NCBI GenBank assembly: GCA_041665485.1
Contig: JBAYIT010000002.1
Span: 261,867 to 325,866, forward strand
Length of the DNA stretch: 64,000 nt
Direction of reading: 5' to 3'
Origin: Candidatus Shapirobacteria bacterium
GTDB lineage: Bacteria > Patescibacteriota > Microgenomatia > UBA12405
Shown in pieces: positions 26,746 through 36,554 of the stretch. Position numbers and translations under genes: made by a program. The notes below the pieces were generated by a model. That model made no database searches. It saw only the letters and a list, made by a program, of their open reading frames with translations, and had not been told where the DNA came from. Numbering within the stretch: the stretch's first letter is position 1; the number at the start of each line of letters is the position of its first letter.

Positions 26746-28686
26746 ATGTGGCTTGAATTAAAAGATATTGATCTTCAAACAACTACTCCTGAAGAAATCG
26801 GCCAGATTTTAATCGACGCTAAAAAGGCCTACTACACTTCCGGCAAACCGGTTATGTCAGACCACACCTACGACACTCTCGAGGCTATCTTACGTCAAAA
26901 AAACCCCCACCATCGGCTTTTCCAAAAAGTTGGTAATGCAAATTTTGACACCGGTTTTGCCAAAAAACACCATATCATGCCCATGGGATCCCAAAATAAA
27001 GTCACCAGTTTTCCTGATCTTGTTCACTATTTTGAATTAAAAAAAATTTCCACTGACACTGTATTTGTAATACAACCAAAATGTGATGGCATTTCTCTAG
27101 AAATTATTTATAAAAATGGTCAGCTCGTCCAAGCCATTACTCGGGGTGATGGGCAAATAGGGGATGTTATTACCCAAAACGTCGTCAAAATGCAAAATTT
27201 CGTGATGGGCCTACCAAACCATCTGTCATGTTCCGTTCGTTGCGAAATCGTCGTTACTCAAAAAGATTTTCAAAATCTTAATCAAATATCCGACGAAAAA
27301 TACAGTAATCCTCGCAATGCTGCCTCGGGTCTATCTCAACGACTAGATTCCAAATACTCAGAATTTTGTTCTCTCTTTGCCGTCGATATGTTCCCCAATT
27401 TAGCCACCATCAACGACGAAATTAATTATCTAAAATCATATGGGTTTACTACCATTGACTCCCACATCTGTAATAACTTTGACGCCATCGAAAAAATTTA
27501 CCAAAAATTTTTGGAAAAGGACCGGCTGACTTACCCCTTCGATATCGACGGCCTAGTAGTCAAAATCAATGATTTGAAACTTGCCCAAACTCTCGGTTCT
27601 CAAAATAATCGCCCCAAATTTCAAGTCGCTTATAAATTCCCCGCCTCCACCAATCAAACACAACTACTCGAAGTTAATTGGCAAACCGGCCCCATGGGCA
27701 CCATCACTCCCGTAGCCAAAATCGAGCCCGTCGAAATCTCCGGCGCCATTATTTCCTACGTCTCTTTAGCCAATTTTGATCTTGTCAAAGATTTAAACCT
27801 CAATCTAGGCGACATTGTCGAAGTTAGCCGTCGCGGCGACGTTATTCCCCATATCGATAAAGTTGTTAATAAAATCAAACCAGGTCATCTAGAAGCTCCA
27901 AAACTTTGCCCCACTTGTCACAGTTTACTGATCACAGATCACAAGTTTATAAAGTGTCCCAACAAATTCGGTTGCCCCGCCCAAACTCTTGGCCTCCTCC
28001 GTCTCTTTTGCCAAACACTAGAGATTAAAGGTATCTCCGACAAAACTATCGAAAAATTGGCTACTGCCGGCAAAATTCAACTTCCGGGTGACTTATACGA
28101 TCTAAAAATCGGCGATTTTATTGATCTGACTGGTCTTGGGCAAAAGTCCGGCGCCAATATTATCAATCAAATCCAAGCCAAAAAAATATTGAGCGTAGTC
28201 GAAATATTTGACTCCGCCATTATCCCCAATTTTTCTGCCAAACGCATCAAAGAAGTTGTGAATGCCGGTTTCGACACCCCCGAAAAACTAGAAAAATTAA
28301 ATCTGTCCGACTTAATTCAAATTCCCGGATTCAAATCCACCTTAGCCCAAAAAATCATCGACGGTCTAAACCAGCGCCAACCCGTTATAAAATCTATACT
28401 CGATAAAGTAGAAATTAAAAATTTAAAATTTAAAATTTCAAATTTAAAATTAGTCAACAAAACTTTTGTTATTACCGGCGATCTTTCCGTTCCCCGCAAA
28501 AATATCGAAAAACTAATTGAAGACAATGGTGGCCAAGTTCTTTCGGCCGTCAGCCAAAATACTTCTTATTTAATTACCAACTCACCCTCTAACTCAAGTA
28601 AGTATCTCACCGCTCAAAAGCTCAATGTTAAAATCATCACTGAGGCCGAATTTAGTAAACTCCTAAACAAAAATGGAAACTTTTGA
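26746..28686 (+). CDS. ligA: NAD-dependent DNA ligase LigA
   Basis: KxDG adenylation motif (QPKCDGISLEI), a Cys4 zinc finger, HhH and a C-terminal BRCT-like region. Confidence 0.85.
   Translation: MWLELKDIDLQTTTPEEIGQILIDAKKAYYTSGKPVMSDHTYDTLEAILRQKNPHHRLFQKVGNANFDTGFAKKHHIMPMGSQNKVTSFPDLVHYFELKKISTDTVFVIQPKCDGISLEIIYKNGQLVQAITRGDGQIGDVITQNVVKMQNFVMGLPNHLSCSVRCEIVVTQKDFQNLNQISDEKYSNPRNAASGLSQRLDSKYSEFCSLFAVDMFPNLATINDEINYLKSYGFTTIDSHICNNFDAIEKIYQKFLEKDRLTYPFDIDGLVVKINDLKLAQTLGSQNNRPKFQVAYKFPASTNQTQLLEVNWQTGPMGTITPVAKIEPVEISGAIISYVSLANFDLVKDLNLNLGDIVEVSRRGDVIPHIDKVVNKIKPGHLEAPKLCPTCHSLLITDHKFIKCPNKFGCPAQTLGLLRLFCQTLEIKGISDKTIEKLATAGKIQLPGDLYDLKIGDFIDLTGLGQKSGANIINQIQAKKILSVVEIFDSAIIPNFSAKRIKEVVNAGFDTPEKLEKLNLSDLIQIPGFKSTLAQKIIDGLNQRQPVIKSILDKVEIKNLKFKISNLKLVNKTFVITGDLSVPRKNIEKLIEDNGGQVLSAVSQNTSYLITNSPSNSSKYLTAQKLNVKIITEAEFSKLLNKNGNF
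28411..28450 (+). repeat. AAAATTT-type short tandem repeat lying in-frame inside ligA (encodes EIKNLKFKISNLKL linker)
   Basis: The same motif family fills several intergenic regions. Confidence 0.7.
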
Positions 28687-28941
28687 TCCTGACCGTTTGA
28701 ACAGAAACAACATTACAATCGAGCCCTGCCTAACTCTAATCAGACGTGGATGTCCCAACCCTGAACTTCCTTGCACTCTTTGCCCTTTTGCCCAAGCTGA
28801 CCACCAAAATATTCGTGAAGAATTTAGGCTTAGGGGCAATAAAACTAGGCGACCAAACAGAACGATTATCACTAGCACTCCAAGCATAATCATCTCTAAT
28901 TGCGACGGACAAGTTACAATAACTCCTCGGCGATAACATCT

Positions 28942-29391
28942 ATGGTTTTTAAAAACCGCTCTGAATCTGCCCAACTCCTTTCTCAAAAAATTAAGGAGGA
29001 AATCGGAGCCGACTTCGCCCTCACCTACATCAGTCCCGACTCCCAGTCCTTCGCCCAACTCCTCGCCAACAACTTAAAAACAAACCCCAAATTTCTTCCT
29101 GATCTTTTTTCAAATTCCGAAGCGAAGCGGAGTCCGTCTCAGACGGATAAATTCGTAGATTCGTTAATTCGTAGATTCGTAATAATCGATGAAGGTTCTA
29201 CCAATTCCCAAGAATACAACGAATTTACTGACAGAATTAGAAAGACTTTTCCTCAAACCAAAATAATCATTGCTATTCCTGTCATCCCCGAATCAGAAAA
29301 ATCCCAACTCGAAGCCAATTGTGATACCCTTATTTATCTTCATGCCGATCCTTATTTTTTCTCAATTAACCAATTCTACCAAGAAAACTAA
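28942..29391 (+). CDS. Putative phosphoribosyltransferase-like protein
   Basis: MVFKNRSESAQLLSQKI... resembles predicted PRTase N-termini. The VIIDEGSTNS PRPP-loop-like motif is present. The start is moved to the ATG at 28942. An internal TTCGTAGATTCG repeat is present. Confidence 0.4.
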   Translation: MVFKNRSESAQLLSQKIKEEIGADFALTYISPDSQSFAQLLANNLKTNPKFLPDLFSNSEAKRSPSQTDKFVDSLIRRFVIIDEGSTNSQEYNEFTDRIRKTFPQTKIIIAIPVIPESEKSQLEANCDTLIYLHADPYFFSINQFYQEN

Positions 29392-29478
29392 CTTAGCAGC
29401 CAACACAGTCGACTGCTAATACCTAGTCAAAATCTATTAATGCCTATCAATCCATATAATATATATACTAACTAGATC

Positions 29479-29955
29479 ATGAAAACACTTTTTATCGGTC
29501 TGGGAAATCCAGGCAAAATTTACCAAAATACCCGTCATAACATCGGCCAGACCATCATCGATAGGCTAGGGGATTCACCTCAAAACTCGCTCTTTTTAAA
29601 GACCGATCAATACATGAATAACTCCGGGCTGTTTGTCCAAAAAACTGTCAATTTTTACAAAATCACTCCCGACCATCTTTACATCATCCACGACGACCTC
29701 GACCTCGGGGTAGGGGAGTGGCGCTTACAATTTGACCGTGGCCCTGCCGGCCACCATGGCGTTGAATCAATTATTCAACATCTTGGTACCAGAAGGTTTT
29801 GGCGCTTCCGCATTGGCATCGGCCGTCCTCCGGAAAACATCCCGGTGGAGGACTACGTCCTCAAACCCTTTATGCCAGCTGAAAAAGTGCTTATTAAGGA
29901 AGTTGTTGATAAAATAGTCACTGAAATCGACAAGCTTTCCTCTAAGGGCCTATAG
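29479..29955 (+). CDS. pth: Peptidyl-tRNA hydrolase
   Basis: MKTLFIGLGNPGKIYQNTRHNIGQ. Confidence 0.85.
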   Translation: MKTLFIGLGNPGKIYQNTRHNIGQTIIDRLGDSPQNSLFLKTDQYMNNSGLFVQKTVNFYKITPDHLYIIHDDLDLGVGEWRLQFDRGPAGHHGVESIIQHLGTRRFWRFRIGIGRPPENIPVEDYVLKPFMPAEKVLIKEVVDKIVTEIDKLSSKGL

Positions 29956-30018
29956 TTAAACGGTATAACGTACCCTTCGCATGGGTATATTCTGGGTTCA
30001 ATTCCCAGTAGGTCCACC
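29946..30018 (+). tRNA. tRNA-Ala (anticodon CGC)
   Basis: Cloverleaf folded by hand. Acceptor GGGCCTA/TAGGTCC with a G3:U70 wobble, the AlaRS identity element. D-arm GTTA/TAAC. Anticodon stem TACCC/GGGTA, loop TTCGCAT. T-arm CTGGG-TTCAATT-CCCAG. Discriminator A. The 5' end overlaps the last 10 nt of pth. Confidence 0.85.
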
Positions 30019-30074
30019 GCATTCGCACTGCGCCCGCCGAAGCGATAGCAGAGGAGAGTTGCGGAAAGGTCCAC

Positions 30075-31220
30075 ATGATTAAACCTAACTATCAAAACGG
30101 CAGCATCGTCAACCTCATGGCTTCAATTAAAAACGCCTTGGGTGGAAAATCTCTCTACCAACCTCTCAAAGACTTTGAAATTTCCCAATCACAAAACATT
30201 ATTTTGGTAATAATCGATGGTCTGGGCTACGACTATCTCCTTAAATATGGCAAAGACAGCTTCCTATATAAAAACCTGAAGAGAAAAATGACTTCGGTTT
30301 TTCCGGCCACCACTGCCGCCGCCATCACCACCTATTTCACTGGCCTGCCTCCCCAGCAACACGCTCTCACTGGCTGGTACATGTACCTCAAAGAAATCGG
30401 TGCCCTGTCTCTTATCTTGCCCTTCACTACTCGAACAGGTAATCTTTCCCTCCACCAAGGCAACGTCAACTATCAAGATATTTACAATCAAAAAACCATC
30501 TTTGAAAATATCCCGGTAACTTCCTATTCCGTCAAAGACAAAGCCTATATCCATTCCGACTACTCCCGCCTGGTCGACAAAGGCGCTAATCAGTTGCCGT
30601 TTTCCAATCTCAATGGTTTTTTTAGACAGATACATAAGGCCCTAACCACCAGCCAAGACAAAAAATATATTCTCGCTTATTGGGCCAAATTCGATTATTT
30701 ATGCCACAAATACGGCACTGAAAGTTTGGAAACCAAAAAGCATTTTGACGAATTAGATCGTAAAATTAAACTTTTAGCCAAATCTTTGGTCAATAAAAAC
30801 ACCACTCTTATCGTTTCTGCCGATCATGGCTTAATCGATGTTAGTAAAGAAAAAATTATCGATTTAAAAGATCACCCTAAATTCACCGAAACTTTAGCCA
30901 TCCCACTCTCTGGCGAGCCACGGGCGGTTTACTGTTATGTTAGGCCGGCCAAAGTCAAACAATTCAAAAAATATGTTGCCACTAACTTCAAAAAATATTG
31001 CCGTCTCTTTAAAAGCGAAGATTTAATCAAACGTAACCTCTTTGGCCTCTTTGAGCCCAATCCAAAATTACAGGACAGAATCGGCGATTACGTTTTAATT
31101 ATGAAAAAAGATTATGTTATCAAAGACCAGGTTCTCGGAGAAATCCAACACGCCAACATCGGCCGTCATGGTGGCATGAGCCACCAAGAAATGTTCGTAC
31201 CGCTAATTATCATCGAATAA
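30075..31220 (+). CDS. Alkaline-phosphatase-superfamily metalloenzyme (type I phosphodiesterase / nucleotide pyrophosphatase-like)
   Basis: ILVIIDGLGYDYL and FPATTAAAITTYFTG, the Thr-nucleophile NPP-like motif. Confidence 0.55.
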   Translation: MIKPNYQNGSIVNLMASIKNALGGKSLYQPLKDFEISQSQNIILVIIDGLGYDYLLKYGKDSFLYKNLKRKMTSVFPATTAAAITTYFTGLPPQQHALTGWYMYLKEIGALSLILPFTTRTGNLSLHQGNVNYQDIYNQKTIFENIPVTSYSVKDKAYIHSDYSRLVDKGANQLPFSNLNGFFRQIHKALTTSQDKKYILAYWAKFDYLCHKYGTESLETKKHFDELDRKIKLLAKSLVNKNTTLIVSADHGLIDVSKEKIIDLKDHPKFTETLAIPLSGEPRAVYCYVRPAKVKQFKKYVATNFKKYCRLFKSEDLIKRNLFGLFEPNPKLQDRIGDYVLIMKKDYVIKDQVLGEIQHANIGRHGGMSHQEMFVPLIIIE

Positions 31221-31311
31221 AATCTACTACCCGCTCCCCTCCGTTTCTGCTTCAACAACTATATCCACTGTACATATATAATATATATTTCATCTGATAT
31301 AATTATAGGAC

Positions 31312-31905
31312 ATGAACACATTAGAGGGCCTGACTGTTCCTTCTGATAGAATCCCCATTGCCGTCGCCCTGTCTCAACTTGGAGTACCTTTGTCTCTTCT
31401 ACAACCTGACATTAATACCGCCATGGAAAAACTAATTGCAAGTAGTCAAGAACCCATTACTCTTCCCCTCCTTGTTACCACCATTGCCATCGCTTTACAA
31501 ATTGGCGCCGACACCGTTACTGCCACCAGAACCGGTCAAACAGCCAATCCATTTTCTCAAAAAGTTCTGGACGTAAACAACAACTGCCTTAAGGCAGCCT
31601 TAATCAATACAGCTTGCGGATTTATCAGTGGCCTGCCAATCATGTCTGCTATTTCCCGAGGCAACCCAAGCGAGCTCCCAAAAACCATTGCTAGTTATAC
31701 AATTGGCATCCTAGCTTTTACTTTAATCGTTGACGGTCTAATTAACCTCGGTCTTGCCGATAGAACTACCCAACTTATAGATAAAACAACGAGTATGGCC
31801 CGGACAAAACTAGAACAAGTTTTAAACCAGGGAATTGATATTTCTCTTCAATACCAAGAGTTTTTAGCGACAACAGCAATTCAACCCCGACCATTACCGT
31901 ACTAG
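31312..31905 (+). CDS. Hypothetical membrane protein
   Basis: Several hydrophobic segments and no motifs. Confidence 0.4.
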   Translation: MNTLEGLTVPSDRIPIAVALSQLGVPLSLLQPDINTAMEKLIASSQEPITLPLLVTTIAIALQIGADTVTATRTGQTANPFSQKVLDVNNNCLKAALINTACGFISGLPIMSAISRGNPSELPKTIASYTIGILAFTLIVDGLINLGLADRTTQLIDKTTSMARTKLEQVLNQGIDISLQYQEFLATTAIQPRPLPY

Positions 31906-31917
31906 TATAATTGATCA

Positions 31918-32208
31918 ATGTCCCTCACCAAACCCACCCTTCTAGCCGATACACTCTTTAAATTCAAAGACACCCTGGCCAAACGGAAAAAGTATGTCAA
32001 AAATCAGCATCAGGCCTACGGCCTAATGCTGGCCGAAGAGCTTGACGACTGGAAAAACCGCGCTCTTTACATTCGTCTGGCCAAAAACACCGATCAGCAA
32101 GTTTTAGAAAAAGCCCGTCTTTTTGTTAAAGACCAGCTTCGAGGAACAGTTAAATCTAAAGTCAAACTCTTTATGTGGAAATTAGGTCAACTCAACCACC
32201 CCCTATAA
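31918..32208 (+). CDS. Hypothetical small basic protein
   Basis: ORF only. Confidence 0.35.
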   Translation: MSLTKPTLLADTLFKFKDTLAKRKKYVKNQHQAYGLMLAEELDDWKNRALYIRLAKNTDQQVLEKARLFVKDQLRGTVKSKVKLFMWKLGQLNHPL

Positions 32209-32227
32209 TAGGGTATAATACTAACCT

Positions 32228-33283
32228 ATGGATTTCCTCAAGAAAAATTGGCTAAAAATTGTCGCGGTTATTGTCGTTGGTTTCTTGGTTTTTAATATTA
32301 TTAAAGCCAAAACAGCCAAACCAGATTCTCAAACCACTCTCACCCCTAAAGATGTCGTTGTCACTCCAAAAATAGCCGATATTTCCGAGAAATTAACTCT
32401 CGCTGGTTCAATTTCCGCCAATGATGTCGCTACCCTTCATTTCCCCACTGCCGGCAAAATGGTCTGGGTAGGCGTCAAAGTAGGGGATAGAGTCAAAAAA
32501 TGGCAAGCCATCGCCTCTCTTGACAAACAACAACTTAAAAAAAATCTCCAAGCTCAATTCAACAACTACCGCACCAGTCTTTCTCAATTTCAAGATACTC
32601 AAGATCAGTATCAGCAAACTCGCGACAAATATTTAGTCACCGACACTATTAAGAGAATTCTCGAACGCACCAATTATTCTCTTGATAATTCGGTTATTAA
32701 TTACGAAATCGCCGATATGGCCATTGCCGATTCAACTCTCACCACCCCTATCGCTGGTGTAGTTATCAGTATCGACAAACCTCTGGCCGGCGTCAATGTT
32801 AGTCCAACCGACACCTTTGTTATTATCAATCCCGAATCGATTTATTTTCAGTCCGACATTGATCAGGAAGAGGTTTCCCAAGTCAAAATAGGAGACTCTG
32901 CCACCATTACTCTCGATAGCTTTCCCAGCCAAGTTCTGGAATCAAAAATTACCTATATTTCCTTTGTCCCAGTTGCCGGCCAATCTTCAACCGTTTATCA
33001 AGCCAGATTTAATCTCCCAATCATTAGCAACCAAGATTTATCTTACCGCCTCGGTATGAGTGGCGATGTCACCACCACCCTCAAACAAGCCGCCAATGCC
33101 CTCACTATCCCTCTTGATGCTCTCTACACCGACGACACCAGTGCTTCTTCATACGTTCTTATCAAAGATACCCTAACCGAACTTTCCCGTCGCCCTGTCA
33201 AAACCGGTATTGAAAACGACACCGATGTTCAAATTTTAGAAGGCTTATCTCCCAATGAATCCATTGTCATCAAGAAAAAGTAA
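32228..33283 (+). CDS. Efflux periplasmic adaptor (HlyD/MacA membrane-fusion family)
   Basis: N-terminal TM, coiled-coil and beta-barrel signature TTPIAGVVISI. Confidence 0.7.
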   Translation: MDFLKKNWLKIVAVIVVGFLVFNIIKAKTAKPDSQTTLTPKDVVVTPKIADISEKLTLAGSISANDVATLHFPTAGKMVWVGVKVGDRVKKWQAIASLDKQQLKKNLQAQFNNYRTSLSQFQDTQDQYQQTRDKYLVTDTIKRILERTNYSLDNSVINYEIADMAIADSTLTTPIAGVVISIDKPLAGVNVSPTDTFVIINPESIYFQSDIDQEEVSQVKIGDSATITLDSFPSQVLESKITYISFVPVAGQSSTVYQARFNLPIISNQDLSYRLGMSGDVTTTLKQAANALTIPLDALYTDDTSASSYVLIKDTLTELSRRPVKTGIENDTDVQILEGLSPNESIVIKKK

Positions 33284-33953
33284 ATCTCCTCCGGTCCTCG
33301 AACTTCGCCATATTGTTAAGACTTACACCTCTGGCAACACTACTTTCAATGCTCTTGATGGCGTCTCCTTAACTATCTGTAAAGGTGAATTTATTTCTAT
33401 TACCGGTCCCTCCGGCTCCGGCAAATCCACTCTAATGCACATTATTGGCCTTCTTGACAACCCCACCTCCGGAGAAGTTCTCCTCGAGAGTCAAAATATC
33501 TCCCATCTTAAGGAACATGAAATGGCTCGAGTCAGAAATGTTACTCTCGGCTTTGTCTTCCAACAATTCAACCTTCTTCCCAAAACTTCCTCGCTGGAAA
33601 ATGTCATGCTTCCACTTCTTTATTCTGATATTCCCAAATCAGAACATAAACGGATAGCCACCGAACTCTTAACCAGAGTTGGTCTCGAATCAAAACTCAA
33701 AAATACGCCCGCTCAGCTTTCCGGCGGCCAACAGCAACGGGTAGCCATTGCTCGAGCCTTGGTCAATAATCCCAAAATCATTCTCGCCGATGAACCTACT
33801 GGCAATCTCGACTCTAAATCCGGCAAAGAAATTATTGCCCTTCTTCACGAACTAAATAAAGAGGGGAGAACCATTGTTTTAGTCACCCACGACATAGAAT
33901 TAGCCAAACAAGCTCAAAAAATCGTTATTATCAAAGACGGCAAAATTGCCTAA
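33255..33953 (+). CDS. ABC transporter ATP-binding protein (MacB/LolD type)
   Basis: [10 protein letters not shown] and [15 protein letters not shown]. Confidence 0.85.
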   Translation: MNPLSSRKSKSPPVLELRHIVKTYTSGNTTFNALDGVSLTICKGEFISITGPSGSGKSTLMHIIGLLDNPTSGEVLLESQNISHLKEHEMARVRNVTLGFVFQQFNLLPKTSSLENVMLPLLYSDIPKSEHKRIATELLTRVGLESKLKNTPAQLSGGQQQRVAIARALVNNPKIILADEPTGNLDSKSGKEIIALLHELNKEGRTIVLVTHDIELAKQAQKIVIIKDGKIA

Positions 33954-33955
33954 CC

Positions 33956-35188
33956 ATGTACCGCTTCAAACCCTCAATCAGTGATCTCGTCAAAAGCAGT
34001 GTTCAATCTATTCTCAAAAACAAAGGTCGCACCATTCTTACTTCTCTTGGCATAATTATTGGTGTAACTTCAGTCATTCTTTTAACCTCAATTGGCAATG
34101 GTCTAACCATCTACGTCAACTCTCAATTTGAAAGTTTAGGCTCCAACAGCATTTTTGTTTCTCCAGGCAAAATTTTCAATGACAATGGCGGTTTTAACAG
34201 TCAAGGTGGCGGTGGCCGGCTAGTTTCTACTAGTTTTGATCAAAAGAACATTACTAGTCTTGAAAGAGGTCTCCGCGGTTCTCAAATTGTTCCTATCTCT
34301 GTCGCCCAGGTTGACATTAAGTCGCCAAACTCTACTAAAAAGGGGCAGAGTGTCATCGGTTCAACCTACCGATATGGTCTGGCCACCAACAATTTTCCCT
34401 CCAGTTCTAATGGTCGCTGGTTCTCCCAAGAAGAAGAGAGCAAAAAAAGTAAAGTTATTGTTTTAGGTAACAAAATCGCTACCGATCTTTTCCCAAGTGG
34501 CAACGCTCTCGGTAAAAAAGTCATTGTCAAAGGCAAGAATTTAAAAGTAATAGGTATTAACGATAAAAAAGGTGGTTCTTTTGGCGGCCCAGACACTGAT
34601 AGTCAATCATTTGTTCCCATTGGCCTGGCCCAAGAATTCTCCGGTAGTGAAAAAATCCAGCAAATTCTTATCAAAACCCCCACTAAAGACCAAGTCACCG
34701 CCACCAAAACCAAAACTGAACAGATTCTTCTCAAAACTTTCGACAAAGACGCTTTTTCTGTTTTTGATAGCAGTCAACTCTTAAGTTCTATCAATTCTAT
34801 TATTGGCACATTAACAATTGCCCTCACTGGCATTGCCGCTATTTCCCTTGTTGTCGGCGGTATCGGCATTATGAATATCATGTTGGTCACCGTCTCCGAA
34901 AGAACCCGAGAGATAGGTCTGCGCAAAGCCGTTGGCGCTTACCCTCGAGCCATTTTACTTCAATTTCTGTTTGAAGCCGTTATTCTCTCTTCCGTCGGCG
35001 GCACTATTGGCATTTTACTCGGTTTTCTTGGCACTCTGGCCATTAATAATTTCTTCCCCGCTCAAGTTACTGTCGGCTCTGTCCTCCTTGCCTTCGGTGT
35101 CTCCTCACTTGTCGGTATAGTTTTTGGCGTCACCCCCGCCCGCAAAGCCTCTCAGCTCTCTCCCATCGAAGCCCTCCGCTACGAATAA
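33956..35188 (+). CDS. ABC transporter permease, FtsX/MacB family
   Basis: N-terminal TM, a large extracytoplasmic domain and three C-terminal TM helices. Confidence 0.75.
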   Translation: MYRFKPSISDLVKSSVQSILKNKGRTILTSLGIIIGVTSVILLTSIGNGLTIYVNSQFESLGSNSIFVSPGKIFNDNGGFNSQGGGGRLVSTSFDQKNITSLERGLRGSQIVPISVAQVDIKSPNSTKKGQSVIGSTYRYGLATNNFPSSSNGRWFSQEEESKKSKVIVLGNKIATDLFPSGNALGKKVIVKGKNLKVIGINDKKGGSFGGPDTDSQSFVPIGLAQEFSGSEKIQQILIKTPTKDQVTATKTKTEQILLKTFDKDAFSVFDSSQLLSSINSIIGTLTIALTGIAAISLVVGGIGIMNIMLVTVSERTREIGLRKAVGAYPRAILLQFLFEAVILSSVGGTIGILLGFLGTLAINNFFPAQVTVGSVLLAFGVSSLVGIVFGVTPARKASQLSPIEALRYE

Positions 35189-35210
35189 GCGCCCGTGTTA
35201 ATATTTAGTA

Positions 35211-35774
35211 GTGAAATCGGAAATTAAGCGCCATTTTTTGCCCCTATTGGGTATTTTTACCCTAACCTCTCTTTTTTGGGTTTTTGGCAAAGTTTCCTGG
35301 TTTCACTTTGTTTTTCTATTTTTTGGCCTAGCCTTCGGTTCTTTCTTTCTTGATCTTGACCATCTTATTTACTGGTTTTATCTTCGCCCCAATCTTGATG
35401 AAAGTCGCCAAGCCAAAATCCTCTGGAATAGTCGTGATTTTAAAGGCTTAATCAAACTTCTTGAACTTACCCATAAACAACACATTAGCCTCATCTTTCA
35501 CCATTATTTTGCTCAAATTATTCTCGTCCTCATCTCTCTTTTTGTCTTCACCTCCTCTAATAACGAATTTACTCAAGGTTTCCTTATTGCCATGAATCTT
35601 CATCTTCTTGTCGACGAATTCGAAGACTATCAGCACAACAAACACCACCTTCAAGACTGGTTGTTTGCCAGAGAAAACCGCCAAATTCCCCAGAAATACC
35701 TCCGCTATTATCTCGGACTGTTTTTTCTTACTACTCTTCTTTTTACTTTTCTTCTTATCCGATCCAAAATATGA
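35211..35774 (+). CDS. Hypothetical integral membrane protein
   Basis: Multiple TM helices. Confidence 0.4.
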   Translation: MKSEIKRHFLPLLGIFTLTSLFWVFGKVSWFHFVFLFFGLAFGSFFLDLDHLIYWFYLRPNLDESRQAKILWNSRDFKGLIKLLELTHKQHISLIFHHYFAQIILVLISLFVFTSSNNEFTQGFLIAMNLHLLVDEFEDYQHNKHHLQDWLFARENRQIPQKYLRYYLGLFFLTTLLFTFLLIRSKI

Positions 35775-36286
35775 CCGATATTTCTACTAGTAATATTCTC
35801 GCTGCTCAAAAGTTTCTTAATCCTGCCCAAAAACTTCTCATCAATGACATCGAAATTGTTCTCAGTCGAATTGAAAACTTTGACCATATCAGTGATTATT
35901 CTTTCCTTGTTGCTCCCGCCGCCAAGGCCTACGAAGGCTATCTTAAAGATTTTTTCCTCAAAATCGGCCTCATCGATAAATACACCCACCAAAGCGACCG
36001 CTTTCGTGTTGGTAAAACTCTAAACCCTTCTCTTCGCTATAAACGTTTCTCCATCTTCCAAAAATTGGCCGATATTGACAACAACGGTGAAGCCCTAGCC
36101 GAAACTCTCTGGGACGCCTGGAAGTTTGGCCGCAACCAAATATTTCACTATTTTCCCAACAGTCTTCAAAGCCTCGATCGCCCTGAAGCCGAAAACCGCA
36201 TCGGCCTAATTCTTAAAGCCATTATCGAGTCAGGAGAATTCTACGCTCGTCACCAAAACGACCGCTCTATCTTACTTAACAAATAG
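35771..36286 (+). CDS. Hypothetical protein with HEPN-like Rx4H motif (KFGRNQIFHYFP)
   Basis: Motif only. Confidence 0.3.
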   Translation: MTDISTSNILAAQKFLNPAQKLLINDIEIVLSRIENFDHISDYSFLVAPAAKAYEGYLKDFFLKIGLIDKYTHQSDRFRVGKTLNPSLRYKRFSIFQKLADIDNNGEALAETLWDAWKFGRNQIFHYFPNSLQSLDRPEAENRIGLILKAIIESGEFYARHQNDRSILLNK

Positions 36287-36317
36287 ACGTATCACGGTTC
36301 ACGTATTACGAATTACT

Positions 36318-36326
36318 TGTTATAAT
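36318..36326 (+). promoter_or_regulatory. Extended -10 TGTTATAAT 6 nt upstream of the ferredoxin ATG (leaderless)
   Basis: Read directly. Preceded by ACGTATCACG-GTTCACGTAT-TACGAATTAC 10-mer repeats. Confidence 0.5.
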
Positions 36327-36332
36327 CTCGAT

Positions 36333-36554
36333 ATGAAAAAAATCATCGTCATCAATCAAGATAAATGTATTGGTTGCAACACCTGTCCACTTTTAGACCC
36401 CGACGTTTTTGAGCTCGATCAAACCAGCTATAAAGCTAAGGTCAAACAACAGCCCGACCCAATATCCGACAACACTAAAAACACCATTTCTTCTTGTCCA
36501 GTTGGCGCTATTTCTATTGAAGAAGTCATCGAAGATGAAAAAACTTCGGCCTAG
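36333..36554 (+). CDS. Small 4Fe-4S ferredoxin
   Basis: CIGCNTCPLLDP...SCPVGAIS. Confidence 0.65.
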   Translation: MKKIIVINQDKCIGCNTCPLLDPDVFELDQTSYKAKVKQQPDPISDNTKNTISSCPVGAISIEEVIEDEKTSA

